The notes beneath the pieces were generated by a model. The model saw only the letters and a list, made by a program, of their open reading frames with translations, had not been told where the DNA came from and did not search any database. Made by a program: the position numbers and the translations under genes. From assembly GCA_964016885.1 (NCBI GenBank), contig OZ024747.1, positions 15,314,001-15,378,000 on the forward strand: DNA of 64,000 nt, written 5' to 3'. The stretch's first letter is position 1; each line of letters opens with the position of its first letter. Positions 12,180 through 27,307 of this stretch are shown here, piece by piece. Source of the stretch: Eledone cirrhosa. Its lineage: Eukaryota.

Positions 12180-12267
12180 CTTTTAGCAGTTATAAACGAT
12201 GTCCTGGAGGAGACGCATGCATAACTGATCTTCAAGGAGTGCCTACTAAATATTTTGCTATACATTT

Positions 12268-14057
12268 CATCATCATCATCATTCGTCGACTACTGTCGAG
12301 ATGATGGATCTCACTCTCCTGCCCCAGAATTCCCTGTCCCCCATCGCTGCCCCCAGGTCCTGTCTACTGATCCCGTATCCCTAGAGATAACGTCAGGGAA
12401 TGACAGCTTCCTACTCCTAGTCAGGCTGGAGTCAGGGTTCCAGAGCAAGAGAGCGGATATGATTTCATTGCTGGCACGGTGACAGTGGCCAGCAAATTGA
12501 GCTCTCCGGGATTTTAGAAGGGCAGAGGCTCGAGGGAGTTTGCCATACAATTTAGACAAAAGGTGGGATGTCGTTTCCAGGATAGGTTTTGCACTCTTAT
12601 TAAGAGGCGGGTATATGTGCGATCCAATCTCCTCTCAAGTTGTGATGTTAGTGTCCAAGTTTCGGATCCATAAAGTAATATGGGCTTAATGGTTGCTTGG
12701 AATATTTCCAGTTTTAGCTTGTTGGTAAGTTGAGATGTCCATATGGCGTGCATGTCATTGCACGCTGACCATGCCATACCCTTCCTGGTTAGAAAATCTT
12801 TTTTGGAGGAGGAGATATATGAGCCAAGATACTTGTAATCTTCCACCTGCTTAAGGGTGGTACCATTAAGGGTTCTGATGGGGTAGTTTGGGCTGTTTGC
12901 GCATCTGTTCACATACTCAGTCTTGGATTCGTTGAGGTACAGTCCAACACAGTTGGACGCTTGCTCTAATGACTTCAAAAGACTCTCAGCATTTTCCAGT
13001 GACCGACTGATCAATGCGATGTCGTCAGCAAAGTTGGTGTTGGTCAAGTATTGTTCTGGGTAGCGTGAGCTTCTCCTAGGCTGTAGTTGGTATCCCCTAT
13101 CCTGAATCCCATCCACAGACATGCACAAAACATAATCCACAACAATGATAAATAGATACGGTGCAAGGGTATCGCCCTGTAAAATTCCAGCGAGGATTGA
13201 GAAAGGTGGTGTTTCCCCATCTGGGGTCAGGACAGTTGATTTGGTATCTGTATACATTACACGTATGGCCGCGATGATTTTATCAGGAATCCCATAGAGT
13301 TGTAGAATTTCAAACATCCCCGACCTGTCAACTGAGTCGAAGGCTTTTGAAAAATCAACAAAGATGAGTGCAATGTCTAGATTGCTGTTTTGGGACTCCT
13401 TTATAAGTCGGCGAAGGCAGAGAATCTGGCTAAGTGTTGATCTACCTCTCCTAAATCCATTCTGGTTGTTACGAAGGATTGGCTCAAGAAATGGGATTAA
13501 GCGATTACGAAGAAGCTTGTTGTATATTTTTGCAGCAATTGCCATGAGAGAAATTCCTCTATAGTTGGTGGCTAAAGAAAGATCTCCTTTTTGGGGCATG
13601 GGGATAATTTGAGCTGCATGCCAGACGCTAGGTGGTTTATTGGTCTCGAAAGTATGGTTACATAAGTTGAGCAAAAGGATGTGGAAATGCTCATCCTTCC
13701 AAATCAGGGTAGGTATATTATCCGGCCCAAAGGCTTTTGAGGCTTTGAGCTGTTTGGTGGCTTCTTTGAGATCAGGCATGGTGAAAGGAGAGGTGTTGAT
13801 TCCTAAAGGCTCTGAAACCTGAACGGATGGCAGTTGATAGTTATCAGGGAGTCTGGCCTTTTTCCCTAGAAGGTTTTTAAAATGAGCACACCAATTTTCA
13901 AGACGTTTTTTGGCAGAGCCTCCTTTGATTCTAACTGCAGAGTTTGAGATTTTGCCTGAAAGATCTTTGACAACCTTCCAAGCAAGATGATGGTGTTTGC
14001 TGATGTGATGTTGCGATAGCTGATCAATCCTACTTGATATATAGTCGGCTTCAGCAT
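12268..14057 (-). mobile_element. 5'-truncated RTE-like LINE (RT domain to 3' end) with (TGA)n tail
   Basis: ORFs 12514-14094 and 12311-12559 contain NYRGISL, QNGFRRGRS, FVDFSKAFDSV, GILQGDTLAP, FADD, KYLG and LLYGSETW, with one frameshift near 12560. Possible TSD TACATTT at 12261-12267 and 14058-14064. Confidence 0.92.
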
Positions 14058-15147
14058 TACATTTACTGGGAAGGGAAATGTTTGTCAGATACAAGAATGT
14101 TAATATTTACATTGAACTAAAGGGCTTCTGACAACTATTTCCGTCTAAATTAGAAGCTTCATCAATATCGTTAGAGCACTCATTCAGAATTTGAGAGGTA
14201 TAGAATGAGATACTTCGCTGCATCTGCAGCCAATACTTTTCGTCTATAGTGGTATTTTACTCATTCTCCTGAGCTATTGTTTATAGCAAACAACTGAAGC
14301 TACATTTACTTTCTGCGTTTAGGATTCTTACATATAAGAATTTCAAATCTAACCAAACGCAACGACACTTCACATTTACAATGTTGTTTACACACAGAAC
14401 AGTTTATTAAGCTTCTAAGTTAGACGAGATTAGTAACCAGAGAACGTTTAGCTCAATGACTAGAGCACTCAGTCGGAATTCGAGTGGTATGAAGTTAGCT
14501 AGCCAGATTTTCCTTCTATAGGTTTACTCTACCCGGCTTTAAAAGCGATTGTTTATAACAATCGACTGTGGCTAAAGTTACGCCTGCGTATGGGATTATA
14601 ATATCTAACAATTTCAAATCTAAGGAAAAGCTTCGACACTTATTCTCCCCCCTCTCATTCTCTCTCTCTTGGGGAAAGGAATTTATTCCTTTGTTCAAAA
14701 TTTGAATTTCGACCGCCAAAAACCGGGGCTTACCTCCCTTTGGGAAAACCACGTGACCGGCAGCAGTCTTACTGCTATAATTGACACCCGGCAGCGGCAT
14801 ACAGCGGAAACCTGTTGAGAAAGTGAACCCTCTGTTCGATCTTCCAAAACCAGTAACTTGCATACCCCGAAAGTGGATTTTGTTGATTTCGATTTCACAG
14901 AAACCTACCGGAGCTATTGCTTAATATCGATGCGATGGTCCAGGTTTGTCAAATTATCCTGAGTCGGTTTTCTCGTTGCTTTGGTCCTTGCGGCTGGCTT
15001 ACCGGTCGCAATCTTCAATTTGCCAAGCTGTCTAAATGTAATGTTATTACTATAAGGTAAAATACCTTATTGAGTGCTTAGCTGCACATTCTGATTTCAT
15101 TCGTTAGCTTAGCTGCAGCCAGAGCTTCGATTTTGCTGAACTTCCAT

Positions 15148-15624
<477 letters not shown>

Positions 15625-16112
15625 GTATATATATACATGTTTGGGAATTGGCGAAATCATTAAAGCGCCGGAGAATATCATTATTTCTGGAGAATGTCCT
15701 TCAAACTTAATTTTTAGTGGGATGAATCAAGTTGTCACCCGTTTAACACCCGTTGCTAGACAAGATAGCAAGAGTATCTATGAAACAAGCAAGTAGGGAG
15801 ATATTGTAATCTATCTCTCTCTCTCTCTCTCTCTCTCACTCTCACTCTCTCTCTCTCTGTATATATATATAAATATACGTACGTATCTCTCTGTCTGTCT
15901 CTGTGTCTTTCTATCTAGCTGTCTGTCTGTCAATCTCTCTATATACCTATCTTTCTTTCTTCGTTTCAACAATATAGTGTTTACTTGTCCTTGGTCGAAC
16001 TATATTCAAGTATTTTTTTTCTTTTTTATCATAATGTTCTGTTGTATGAGATACTGCAAGCATGCGACCTTGAACATCCCTACTACACACAGAAAGAAAA
16101 ATCACCATCAAT

Positions 16113-16194
<82 letters not shown>

Positions 16195-16888
16195 TGTTTA
16201 ATAATTAGTGGAGGTGATACCTATATGAGTACACGGTGCCATTACTAGAACAGGGAGATCCTCAAAGATATTTGTAATTCCAGAGGCCACTTTTTTTTTT
16301 ATCATTTGATGCCTTCTGAGCCTACTCTGAGGTCTCGGAATACGCAATCATTGAATGTCTATCCAACAGCTACCAGGACATGTCGTAGGAGCATCGATAA
16401 TTCTTGCAGCATTAAACGGAGATTATGATATATATTTTGAACAGTCCCCTCTACCTAGCACCTGAATGCCTGAAGGACTATGTGGTATGTATGGATTAAT
16501 TGCTTTTGGCCATGTTGCATTGTTTCGGTGTTCTTATTCGTGCAGGCACCAATCTAGACAGAAGTGCAGGATCTGATACTATAAAATTGTTTCTCGTGGA
16601 ATGTTGTTTGGGGAGAAGAGGGGCGTAGAAACAAAGGGTTGGATTTTGTTAAAGGAAATAATCTAAAAGATATAAACATCAGTGATGCTTACTCAATCAT
16701 CATGACGTATAATTTTGTTGTTGTTTCCTGGTGTCAGCGGACATAATGTACATTACCCCAGAGAAGGTTCTCATTCTTATGAATGGACATCTCCAACCCC
16801 ATCACACTAAGTAAGGTGACTCAGGTACCCAGGATGCTACTATGAGCTCGACAGTAAATCTAGTGTAGAGCAATGGTTAATTTATCAG

Positions 16889-17086
16889 CTAGCGATCTCC
16901 AGCCTCTCGGGATTGTATCGTAGATATCAGATTATCGCTGGAAAAAAATGCTGTAAATTGCATCCCGCGTGATAGGGTGCCACTTCTGAGCGGGAAATTT
17001 ATGATGCTGTCCAAACATTTGCCATCCCTTCGGTTTAACTCCACTAGTTCCAGCTGCAATGGGAAGCCCCTCCCCGCAAGATACAA
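16889..17086 (-). pseudogene. Relic of a CRE-like non-LTR element restriction-like endonuclease region
   Basis: GFPLQLELVELNRRDGKCLDSIINFPLRSG resembles the recalled consensus EP.GL.R.DGKRPDG.T..P...G; homologous to 46451-46760. Confidence 0.55.
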
Positions 17087-17537
17087 GCTACGTTAACCGA
17101 TATAATTGTTTGGGAATTCACAATGTTCGTCACAAATATGAAAATACATTCTTGACAGGTGCCATATGTCCGAGCACGGAAGAGCCGAACAATTATTATA
17201 GTACATTACTGGTACTTTATTTTATCGACTTGGAAGACGGTAATACACAACTACGTTAAACACAACCACAAGGATATGGTCCGAACACGGAAGATCCGAA
17301 CTCCCACTGTCTTCGCCCCTATCTCTCTCGCCTTCCCCATCTTTCTGTATATAGAGCAAATGGGGTCCCACGTGCTGGCCGCCCCACAGCCCCGACGGAT
17401 AGAATGGAGAAGGCGTTTCGCCGGTGGATGGTAAGGGAGATGCGCTGGAAGAGCTTCGAAATTTGTTGAAGTTTAAGGAATTAGTATTTAATTTCACTTT
17501 TTAAATTCGCATTTGGAATTATTATTTTTGCCTTGTA

Positions 17538-17768
17538 GGGCGGTGTATTGGCAGTATCGGTAGAGGGTCGGACGCCATGCTAGGGCGGTGTATTGGCAGT
17601 ATCGGTAGAGGGTCGGACGCCATGCTTTCCAGCATAGTTACGTCCCTTTACGATCTGAGTTCAAATCCCGCCGAGGTTGACTTTGCCTTTCATCCTTACG
17701 GGGTCGATCAAATAAAGTACCAGTAATGCACTGGGTACTTGCTGGCCTTGTGCCTAAAAGTAGAAACA
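17538..17768 (+). mobile_element. Full-length SINE with 17-bp TSD and 45-bp duplicated head
   Basis: TSD ATTATTTTTGCCTTGTA at 17521-17537 and 17769-17785; TAGGGCGGTG...GACGCCATGC is repeated in tandem. Confidence 0.95.
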
Positions 17769-18261
17769 ATTATTTTTGCCTTGTATCTTAAAAGCGACAA
17801 GTCATCGTTGAAAAATTCAGTTTTCAGCAGGCGCCCTGGAGTATTTGTACAGCGGCGTTGACAATCAACGAGTGGGGTGTATTATTTACAGTAAAAGTCG
17901 TTGCTTACAGCGGTCTATTGTTGCTACCGGATGATACATATTTAGAAAGAGGTGGCTTATACCATTCAAGAGTTAAGCCTGTTGGTCAGCATCACAGAAT
18001 TTGTTCGTATCAACAGGACACGAAACAGCTGCGTTTTCCGATATTCTATCAACTTAGCCATCTCTGTAGTGTTGAAACATAAATGCATACAAATTTAGCA
18101 TACGTCCATTTTAATTTCCTTGGCATTCAGATAATAAATCTCATTCTTCCCGTTTATATTTGATTCATATTTGATCAATGACTTCTATTTTTTATATGTA
18201 TATATATATATATAAATATTTATATATATATATTCATATGTATATAAGTATGTATGCATAA

Positions 18262-18405
<144 letters not shown>

Positions 18406-19040
18406 GTGTATGTGTGTGTGTGTGTGTGTATGTGTGAGCATATATATATATTGCTATTATTACTCTTTTTTCCTTTTCTTTTCTTTTCCTTTTTCCGTAG
18501 CAGAATTGACAATTTATCAAGAATAATAAACAGATATATTCTAATTCCTTTGGAATCCTTACAACATATAAATTCATTGATTTCTAAGCAGTTCGGTGAC
18601 ACTATATTTAACAAGTAATTTGCCGAGTTTCACCAAGAATATAGTTATATTTAATTTCCCTTTGATTTTTACATTATGGTTAAATGTTAAACTCTATGAA
18701 AGTTTCTTAGAAACCTGAACTATATTTTCGTTAATCAAATTGACTGAAGACCAAATACTGTCGAACTTTTCTTTTAGAGTTCTGTTAATTGAAAAGATCA
18801 GATATGAACCCACAATTTCCATAATATTCTCAAAAGCAAAAGCTGCTTTGTTGATGGCATTATTGTGATTTCTTTTCAATATTTTATTATAACATGATTT
18901 CAAGACGATTCCTGCTTTCCGTTCTTCTTACAACCATCATGTTGTTCACATTACAATTTTAATAACATATCCATTTTCATAATGAAATATTCCGTACATA
19001 CTTATTTTATTTGTAAATTTAAACAGCTATTTTTATGCTG

Positions 19041-19256
19041 TCTTCTTCTTCTTCTTCTTCTTCTTCTTCTTCTTCTTCTTCTTCTTCTTCTTCTTCTTCT
19101 TCTTCTTCTTCTTCTTCTTCTTCTTCTTCTTCTTCTTCTTCTTCTTCTTCTTCTTCTTCTTCTTCTTCTTCTTCTTCTTCTTCTTCTTCTTCTTCTTCTT
19201 CTTCTTCTTCTTCTTCTTCTTCTTCTTCTTCTTCTTCTTCTTCTTCTTCTTCTTCT
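19041..19256. repeat. (CTT)n microsatellite, about 72 units
   Basis: Perfect trinucleotide run. Confidence 0.98.
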
Positions 19257-19796
19257 ATTATTATTATCACCATTATTATTATTACAGTTTCTGAAAAATT
19301 CTTTCTGCAATCATCTTTCTCTTATAATATTGAATCGAATTTATTTCCATGTTCTGTTGATTACGTGAAAATGTCCCTTTTTTTAAAATGAATATTCGGT
19401 TTAACATCTTATGGGAGAACTTAGATAAACTACTTCATTTCGTGTAGTTCAAAATTACGATCTCATTATGTATTTTAATATGGACCCGTCACGTTTGTAG
19501 AAAAGTAGATTTTCTCTAAATTACTTTCGATTCCGAAATGCTTCTCGAAATAAATGCGTTCCGTTTCTGTTCAAATACTGAACTGATTGTAAGATTTCTT
19601 TCACTTTTCATAGAAGACATCAAAGTTTCAAGGCTTTGTAATATAATCGATCAGCAGAGATAGAATATGTATGAGCTTTAGTAAGGGAGATAATTTGTAG
19701 GAAAATGTACCGAATGATTCACGTTCACTAATGTGGAGTAATATAACTGTTTCTAGTTTTGGAACAAGGCCAGCAATTATCCCAGTGCATATGCGG

Positions 19797-19838
<42 letters not shown>

Positions 19839-19975
19839 CAAACGCCTAATCATTAGATCACGCACCCCTCTACAGTATGTATATATATATATATATATTA
19901 TATATATATATATATATATTGGGCTTTGAAAGCTCAGATAACTCTTTGTTACGTGTGTGAACATGAATAAATAAT

Positions 19976-20161
19976 TGTCTCTACTTTAGGCACAATGGCA
20001 GCAGTTACCCAGTGCATTACTGGTACTTTATTTTATCGACCCCCGTAAGGATGAAAGGCAAAGTCAACCTCGGCGGGATTTGAACTCAGATCGTAAAGGG
20101 ACGTAATTATGCTGGAAAGCATGGCGTCCGATCTTCCACCGATACTGCCAATCTACCGCCC
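19976..20161 (-). mobile_element. Full-length SINE with 19-bp TSD
   Basis: GTGAACATGAATAAATAAT at 19957-19975 and 20162-20180. Confidence 0.95.
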
Positions 20162-20326
20162 GTGAACATGAATAAATAATATAATGTTTCAGCTCTCTTC
20201 CCGATTAAGCACTCTCTTCGTTGCTCCTTTTTTTACACATACGAATATTGGTACATTTTCATGTACACAGACACACACACACATGCACACACACACACAC
20301 ACAAACACGCACGCACACACACACAG

Positions 20327-20384
<58 letters not shown>

Positions 20385-20423
20385 GATATTAATAAATGGA
20401 AACTATATTTATAAAACCATATC

Positions 20424-20488
20424 TATTTCATTATACATATTTCAGGGATACCAAATTAAATTATGGTATGCCTTCATCAGACAAAATA
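20424..20488 (-). ncRNA. Minimal type I hammerhead ribozyme motif
   Basis: Minus strand: TATTTTGT CTGATGA AGGCATACCA-loop-TGGTATCCCT GAAA T ATGT ATA ATGAAATA. 8-bp stem I with GU pairs; (TA)n about 40 nt downstream. Confidence 0.75.
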
Positions 20489-20853
20489 CAATATATAACA
20501 GTTTTACAAATAAGCTTTGACGTACCCTTTTAAAATGCAACCATTATTTTTGGAAGCCATCCGGATAGTGAGTTGTTTATATTATTTTAATAAGTCATAG
20601 TGTTAAGGACAATTAGAAAAAGACGGAGAGAAAGAAAAAAGACGGAGAGAAAGAAAAAAGACGGAGAGAGAGCAAGAAAAAACGTGGAGAAGTATCTGAG
20701 AGAGAGAGATGCATGGAGAAAAAAAGAAAGAGATAAATAAAAACAGGAGGAAAGAAAGAAAAAAAGAAATAAGAAATAAGAAAAACAGAGGAAAGCAACA
20801 GAGAGATACTATATATATACTATATATATAGATACTATATATATATATATATA

Positions 20854-21026
20854 GGAAAATAGTCAGGACCCCGACGGCTGAGCTTCGGTCGTTTCGACAG
20901 CTAGAAACGACCGCGGCCCAGTCGTCGAGGTCCTGATTCTTTTCCTATTACCCACTCTACTACCCTAAGTATCGAGTACTCTTGTGCGTTATGGTCCTCC
21001 TGGTATCTTACCAACACCTTCTTTGT
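20854..21026 (+). mobile_element. (TA)n-associated palindromic mini-element, copy 4
   Basis: GGAAAATAGTCAGGACCCCGACGGCTG..GTTTC / GAAAC..CAGTCGTCGAGGTCCTGATTCTTTTCC plus the shared body. Confidence 0.8.
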
Positions 21027-21209
21027 TACATACATATATACTATACATACTATACATACATTCATGTAAACATCGCTATTTCAGAGCACCAATCCTAATA
21101 CCTAATTTTAGCTGGACAGGCTATCGCTCTGTATTATCAGCTCTTAATTATACTGGAATACTATAAGAATCCACCTTCTATAATTTTCGGCGAAAGCAGG
21201 AGAGTACGT

Positions 21210-21251
21210 GGCTCTGATGAACACCAACCAGGGTGAAACAGATTGTTAGCT
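21210..21251 (+). ncRNA. Minimal type I hammerhead ribozyme motif
   Basis: GGCT CTGATGA ACACC AACCAG GGT GAAAC AGATT GTT AGCT; (TA)n starts about 15 nt downstream. Confidence 0.6.
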
Positions 21252-21271
21252 TATCTCCCTTCTTTTATATA

Positions 21272-21314
<43 letters not shown>

Positions 21315-21316
<2 letters not shown>

Positions 21317-22675
21317 AAGGCGGGTAAAATTCCCGAGATCCATGGACGAGTTCTCTCCAGCGGTCCCTGTCCCTCATTATCGCTGCCATGCCCTGCGTCT
21401 CCAGCAGACCAGTGTCTGACCTTAGGGCATCAACATACGTCAACCTTGGTCTTCCTCTTCCAGTGTGTCCATGTAGGGACTCCCAAAGGAGCACTGAGTG
21501 CAGTGTCAACTCTGGATTTCGGTGAGCATGTCCAGCTAACCTCAGTCTCCTCTGTGTTACTTTTGAGCTGACATTTGAGAGGCTCCCATACAGCTCTGAG
21601 TTTTTCATCCTCAGTGTATACTGATTAATGTTCAGAGCCATCCTCAGCATTCTCGTGTAGCACACATCCACCATCTGAGTGAGTTTCTTGGTCAGTGTCC
21701 AAGTCTCAGACCCATACAGCAGCACAGACTCCACTACAGCAATGAAGAGGCGGATTTTCAGGACTCTACGAAGGTCCGACTTCCACACCCATCTCAAGCT
21801 GTGGCACGCCGCCCAGGCCTTGCCCTTCCTCTCAACCACATCATCTTCCGTATTCCCAATCTTTGCTCCCAAATACAAGAAGTCCTCAACCAATTCCAGT
21901 GGCTTCCCGCCTACATTAGTGATCCCCTCTGGCTTCTCAACATTCTCTACCAGATATTGTGTTTTAGTCTCATTCATTCTCAGCCCCACACTCATCGACA
22001 CAGTCTCAACCTCCCGCATCAAATCCTCTGCCTCCTTCACTGTATTTGTCACCAAAACTATGTCGTCGGCAAATTCAGCATCCGATACCTTTTTCGCCCT
22101 AAATCTCCTGCTCTGAGCCGGTGCTACAGTAAAGCCAGAGTCCTGGTGTTTCTCCAGTACAAGGCGCATACAATAGTCCACTACGATGATAAAAAGGTAG
22201 GGAGCCAATGTATCTCCCTGGAACACTCCAGCCAGTATCTCAAAGAACTCTGTCATCCCATCAGGTGTAATGACTTGGGCTTTGGTGTTGGTGTAGAGCA
22301 GTGATATCAGGTCCACTATCTTCTTGGGGATTCCATAAGCCTGTAAGATCTTCATCAGGCAGTAACGGTCCACAGAATCAAAGGCCCTCCTAAAGTCAAT
22401 GAAAACCATGACCGCAGGAAGGCACTTTGCTCTAGCTCCCTCTAATATCCTCCTCAGCATCAGGATGTGACTGGTGGTTGATCTACCCTCTCTGAAGCCG
22501 TTCTGGTTGTCCCTGAGCTTCTTCTCCATCTCAGGCTGGATCCTTTTAAGAATCATCCTGTTGAGGGTCTTTGCCACAAGTGACGTCAGTGAGATCCCCC
22601 GGTAGTTGTTGGTGTTAGAGAGATCTTCCTTCTTTGGTACTGGGACGATGTTACTGATCCTCCACTGATTCGGGG

Positions 22676-22677
<2 letters not shown>
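21315..22677 (-). mobile_element. 5'-truncated RTE-like LINE inserted in (TA)n, with an uninterrupted ~450-aa RT C-terminal ORF
   Basis: NYRGISL, QNGFREGRS, FIDFRRAFDSV, GVFQGDTLAP, FADD, LYLG, LLYGSETW and RRLRLAGH; the stop codon abuts (AT)n; (TA)n on both sides. Confidence 0.93.
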
Positions 22678-23090
<413 letters not shown>

Positions 23091-23222
23091 ATCTTGACTC
23101 TGTTTTCCTGTATTTTTCATCGGAAAAAAAATTTTGAATACATCTTCTCTTTTCATGATATTCGGATTACATTGAGTTCTTCATACGGATTGGACACTAC
23201 CGTACATTTTGGTAGATTTATC

Positions 23223-23289
<67 letters not shown>

Positions 23290-24106
23290 ATACTTTGGGA
23301 GGGTCATGTTGCCAATAAGAAACACACGCACCAGTTGCTTTCACTTCAATTTATTATAATAAATTTATTATAAATTTATAAATTTATAAATTTCTGGTTG
23401 GTTGGTTGGTTCCACAACCAGATAGTTGTTTATATATTGTCATAGTTCGTTCGTCACACACTCTGTGACCTCTTCAGTGACTGGGGATTCCTTTCTTTGT
23501 TTCTGTGCCTCTCCTTTGTTCTGTCCTACGCCATTTTGTAGAGGGGTGCGTGATTTAGTGATTAGGTGTTTGCTCTGGTCCACTCAGCTGGCAAAAACGT
23601 GTTATACCTTTAACTCAAAGTACTCCGGCTTGTGACAGGCTGTTATCCTGTATCTCTCTATGAATTACGTTAAGGGAACACGTATCTGTGAAAAGATTAG
23701 CACGCCAACGTACACCTTAACTTCACGAAGACATTATCGAATATTACCTTCCTTTATATTAAAATCAGTAGTAGTGTACGTTTAGAGAAAATTGCTTGTT
23801 TATTTTTTACAGATTTCGCGACGAACAAGAGGCAGTTACGTTGGCTAATTAATAAGTAAGTGATAGCTCCGGTCCTTTAAGTGTACTTTCGAGGTCATTC
23901 GCACAAACTTTCAATTGAATGATTTACGTTGAGATCATATAACAGCATTGGGTTTATTGCCTTTGTTTTATGATATCAATTTTCTTAATACAGCTGTCAA
24001 AGGTGGATTGGTATGACGCTACTTGTAGGACTGACAGTCGCCGATGCGACCTTCCTCTACTTCATTGTTGTTGTTTTAGAGGTGTTAGGATGGTGAATTA
24101 AACTAG

Positions 24107-24250
<144 letters not shown>

Positions 24251-24368
24251 CTATATACACATGTATTATAAATGTCTGCGTATATATGTGTGATGATCCT
24301 GCAAGTACCTAGGTGAATCTCCAGTGTACCAAGATTTATCAATTATCCATAATATAAAACCATATGTA

Positions 24369-24423
<55 letters not shown>

Positions 24424-24435
24424 TTATCTATATAT

Positions 24436-27092
24436 AAGAGGCACTTAGGAGTGGCAACGTAGGAAGCGTGCTAGCGACGAGCACGGCCTTGGACCAGTTG
24501 TTCGACGCAAAGCATGAAGGCTGCGTTGTCAGAGGCAAAATACGTGCTCTGGGAAACGAGGGAGCCAAAGCTGTTAGCTGGGCCCGAGTGACGGAGGCGA
24601 AAAGTGGCAACAACTCCATGATTCGGTCTTTGAAGGACCAAGACGGACGCGTGATACGTGAGCCGAAGCAGATGTGCGCGGCCTTTCAGCGGCACTTTGC
24701 TCAAATGTTGGGGCAGGGCGATGCGCCGGGAGGGGCTATGGATTTCGGTCCATACCTCGACGGCTTACCGCGAATCTCGGACAGCAAGGCGAAGTTCTGC
24801 GAAAGGCCGATTTCGGCCGCTGTTGTAGGGGACGCTCTGAGCCAATGCGGCAAACGCAAATCTCCAGGTCTCGACGGTCTACCACACGAATTTTACGTAG
24901 CAATGCGGGACTTGTTCTCCGTTCTCCTGGAAGCGGTCTACTGCAACTGGCAGCAGAACGTGAGAATTCACAGTTCTGTGACCAGGAGCGTAGTCACGTT
25001 AGTCAGGAAGGACGAGAATAAGATGAATGACATAGGCAACTTCCGGCCCATAACTCTGCTAAACACAGAGTTCCAGATTTTGGCCAAGGTGTTGGCAAAG
25101 AGGCTGGCGCTTGTCGTCGAAAACCTGGTGGGAGAAGCGCAAACATGCGCAATCCCGACCAGGTCCATACACGACAGCCTCCATCTCGGTGAGGCCCTGA
25201 TCAACTTGGATCAGTCTCAGGCTTTCGATAGGGTTGACCATCGTTACCTGGATGCGGTGCTCGAGGCGGCAGGCTTCGGACCCGTGTTTTTGGGCTGGAT
25301 TGCTGCAATGCACAGCAGCAACATCTGCTCACGGGTCAAGGTGAACGGCTATCTCTCGGAGCCGTTCCATATCACGCGATCCATCCGACAGGGATGCACT
25401 CTCTCCTCCCTTCTGTACGTACTGGCTCTCGAGCCACTACTGCGGAAGTTGGAGCTATTGCAGGGCATCCCTTTGGAACCGGGACTGCTAAAAGCGGCGT
25501 CGGCCTATGCCGACGACATGACAGTAATGGTGTCGAGCATCTCGCAAATCGGGGACGGCAGCACCTTACTGGAGGAATACAAAAGGTTCACAGGAGCGAA
25601 GCTGAACCGGGACAAATCCGTCGGTTTGCAACTTGGAACGCGGAGAGGCAAACCGATGGCTTCCGATGGCGTCGTCGGACGCTGGACGGAAGGACCGGTA
25701 AAGCTGCATGGGGTCTGATTTGGTCCGGACATCCAGGTGGAGAAAAACTGGAACGAGGTGGTGACCAAGGTGTTTGCGCTCACCCAGAAGTGGGCCGAGT
25801 GCAAACTATCCTTGAAAGCTCGAGCGGAGGTGGCGAACACTTTTATAGCGTCCGTCATCTACTACAGCTTGACCGTTGTGCCTTGTCCAGCCAAAACGCT
25901 CACCAAAATGGAGCGCGCGCTCTTCCAATTCCTTTGGAAGAGGTGGGCTCCTTTGGTGAGAAGGTCCATCTGCTGCCAACAACCTTCAAACGGAGGGCTG
26001 GGGATGCGCAAAGACACGCTCAGGTTGCGGCACCTCCACGTATTCCTCACCGGACAACCGGTGCGGGCCCAGTTTGTGTGGCGAGCCTTCCCACAAATCG
26101 TCTCGCTGACCGAGCTGTAGTCCTGGGTCAAGCAAAGACCGAGGAAAATGGGCGACTGGCACATCGAATGTGCTCAGGCGCTCACAGTCCTCTGGCAAAC
26201 GGATCCGGCGATCAGTGGAGACTCCACTTCGACATTCTATAGAGAGTTGGTCTGTAGCAAGTGCGACGACGTGCTCGGAGAAATTCTGGGCGTAGAGGAG
26301 GACGAACTGGCTAGTCTCTTCAGTAGGACCTTCCACCTGGGACCATGGGACAACTTCCAGAAGTCCCTGGCCTGGCAGTGCTACCGAGGATCTCTACCAG
26401 TTTGAGACAATCTCTCTACAGACACGGGCGCCCGGGTAGGGACCCTTCGAAAAAGATCTGTCCGAGATGCGTGCGCGACGAGGAAACCGTCGCGCACGTA
26501 TTTGTACACTTCCCGGGCGTTACCGACCGGTGGGGCTATCTAGAACGACTATTGTCGCGGGTGGTACCAATCCAGTTGACCACCGAGTCCATTGTCATGA
26601 TCAAACCGCCACCCTCCTTCAAAAACGAGGGAGAGGCGGTTTTCCTATGTGTTATGGCTATGGTGAAAGAGGTTATATGGTGGACGAGGTTAAAATGGCT
26701 GAGGTCAGACACCTTTCTCTCCGGCGAGCAATTGATTCGTTTTTTCAAATATCATTTTGGAAGAAGAATCAGGATGGAGACAGAGGTGCTGTACCCCAGC
26801 AAATTTTATAAAAGGTGGGTGAATGTGGCAAAGATGGCCCGAGTGGTTGGGCATTCTCACTATATAAACCTGTAGGTTGAGGAAAAAGAGTAAGAGATGA
26901 GGGGAGTACTCACTCTTGGTGCTCCTGGAGATGAGGGTTGTACATTTTTTCGGCGTGTGTAACGCCTCGCCCCTATTGGGGATTTCAATTGTATTTGTTA
27001 TTTTATTAATAGTTTTATTTTCATATACCTGTATGTAAACTCCCCATTTGTATTTGTCTCCTTCTTTTGTGCCCTTGTGGCTAATAAACAAA
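24436..27092 (+). mobile_element. 5'-truncated, decayed Tx1-clade LINE (copy B) within (TATC)n
   Basis: ORF pieces 24468-25718, 25737-26120, 26148-26405 and 26345-26875 (KSPGLDG, FRPITLLN, AFDRV, YADD). It has premature stops and 42-bp and 15-bp in-frame deletions relative to copy E. (TATC)n lies at 24370-24430 and after 27093. Confidence 0.95.
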
Positions 27093-27247
27093 TTTATCTA
27101 TCTATCTATCATCTATTTCTATCCTCCTCTCTCTCTCCTTCTCTCTCTCTCTCTATATATATAATTTAAATAACAGATTAAAGTTTAAGCAACGAATCGC
27201 TGCTTTCACCCTTAACGGATTTTAGTCTTCACATTTATTATTATTAC

Positions 27248-27306
<59 letters not shown>

Positions 27307-27307
<1 letters not shown>

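Noticed and set aside
14516-15030. GC-richer stretch with minus-strand GAG|GTAAG donor and a faint THAP-like AAGC..FPK
   Set aside because: The relevant frame has stops and there is no corroborating exon or motif.
17538-17670. tRNA genes at SINE heads
   Set aside because: A/B boxes are present but there is no complete cloverleaf; they continue into a SINE body with TSDs.
23286-23637. TG...CA bounded solo-LTR candidate
   Set aside because: No TSD, PBS, PPT or second copy.
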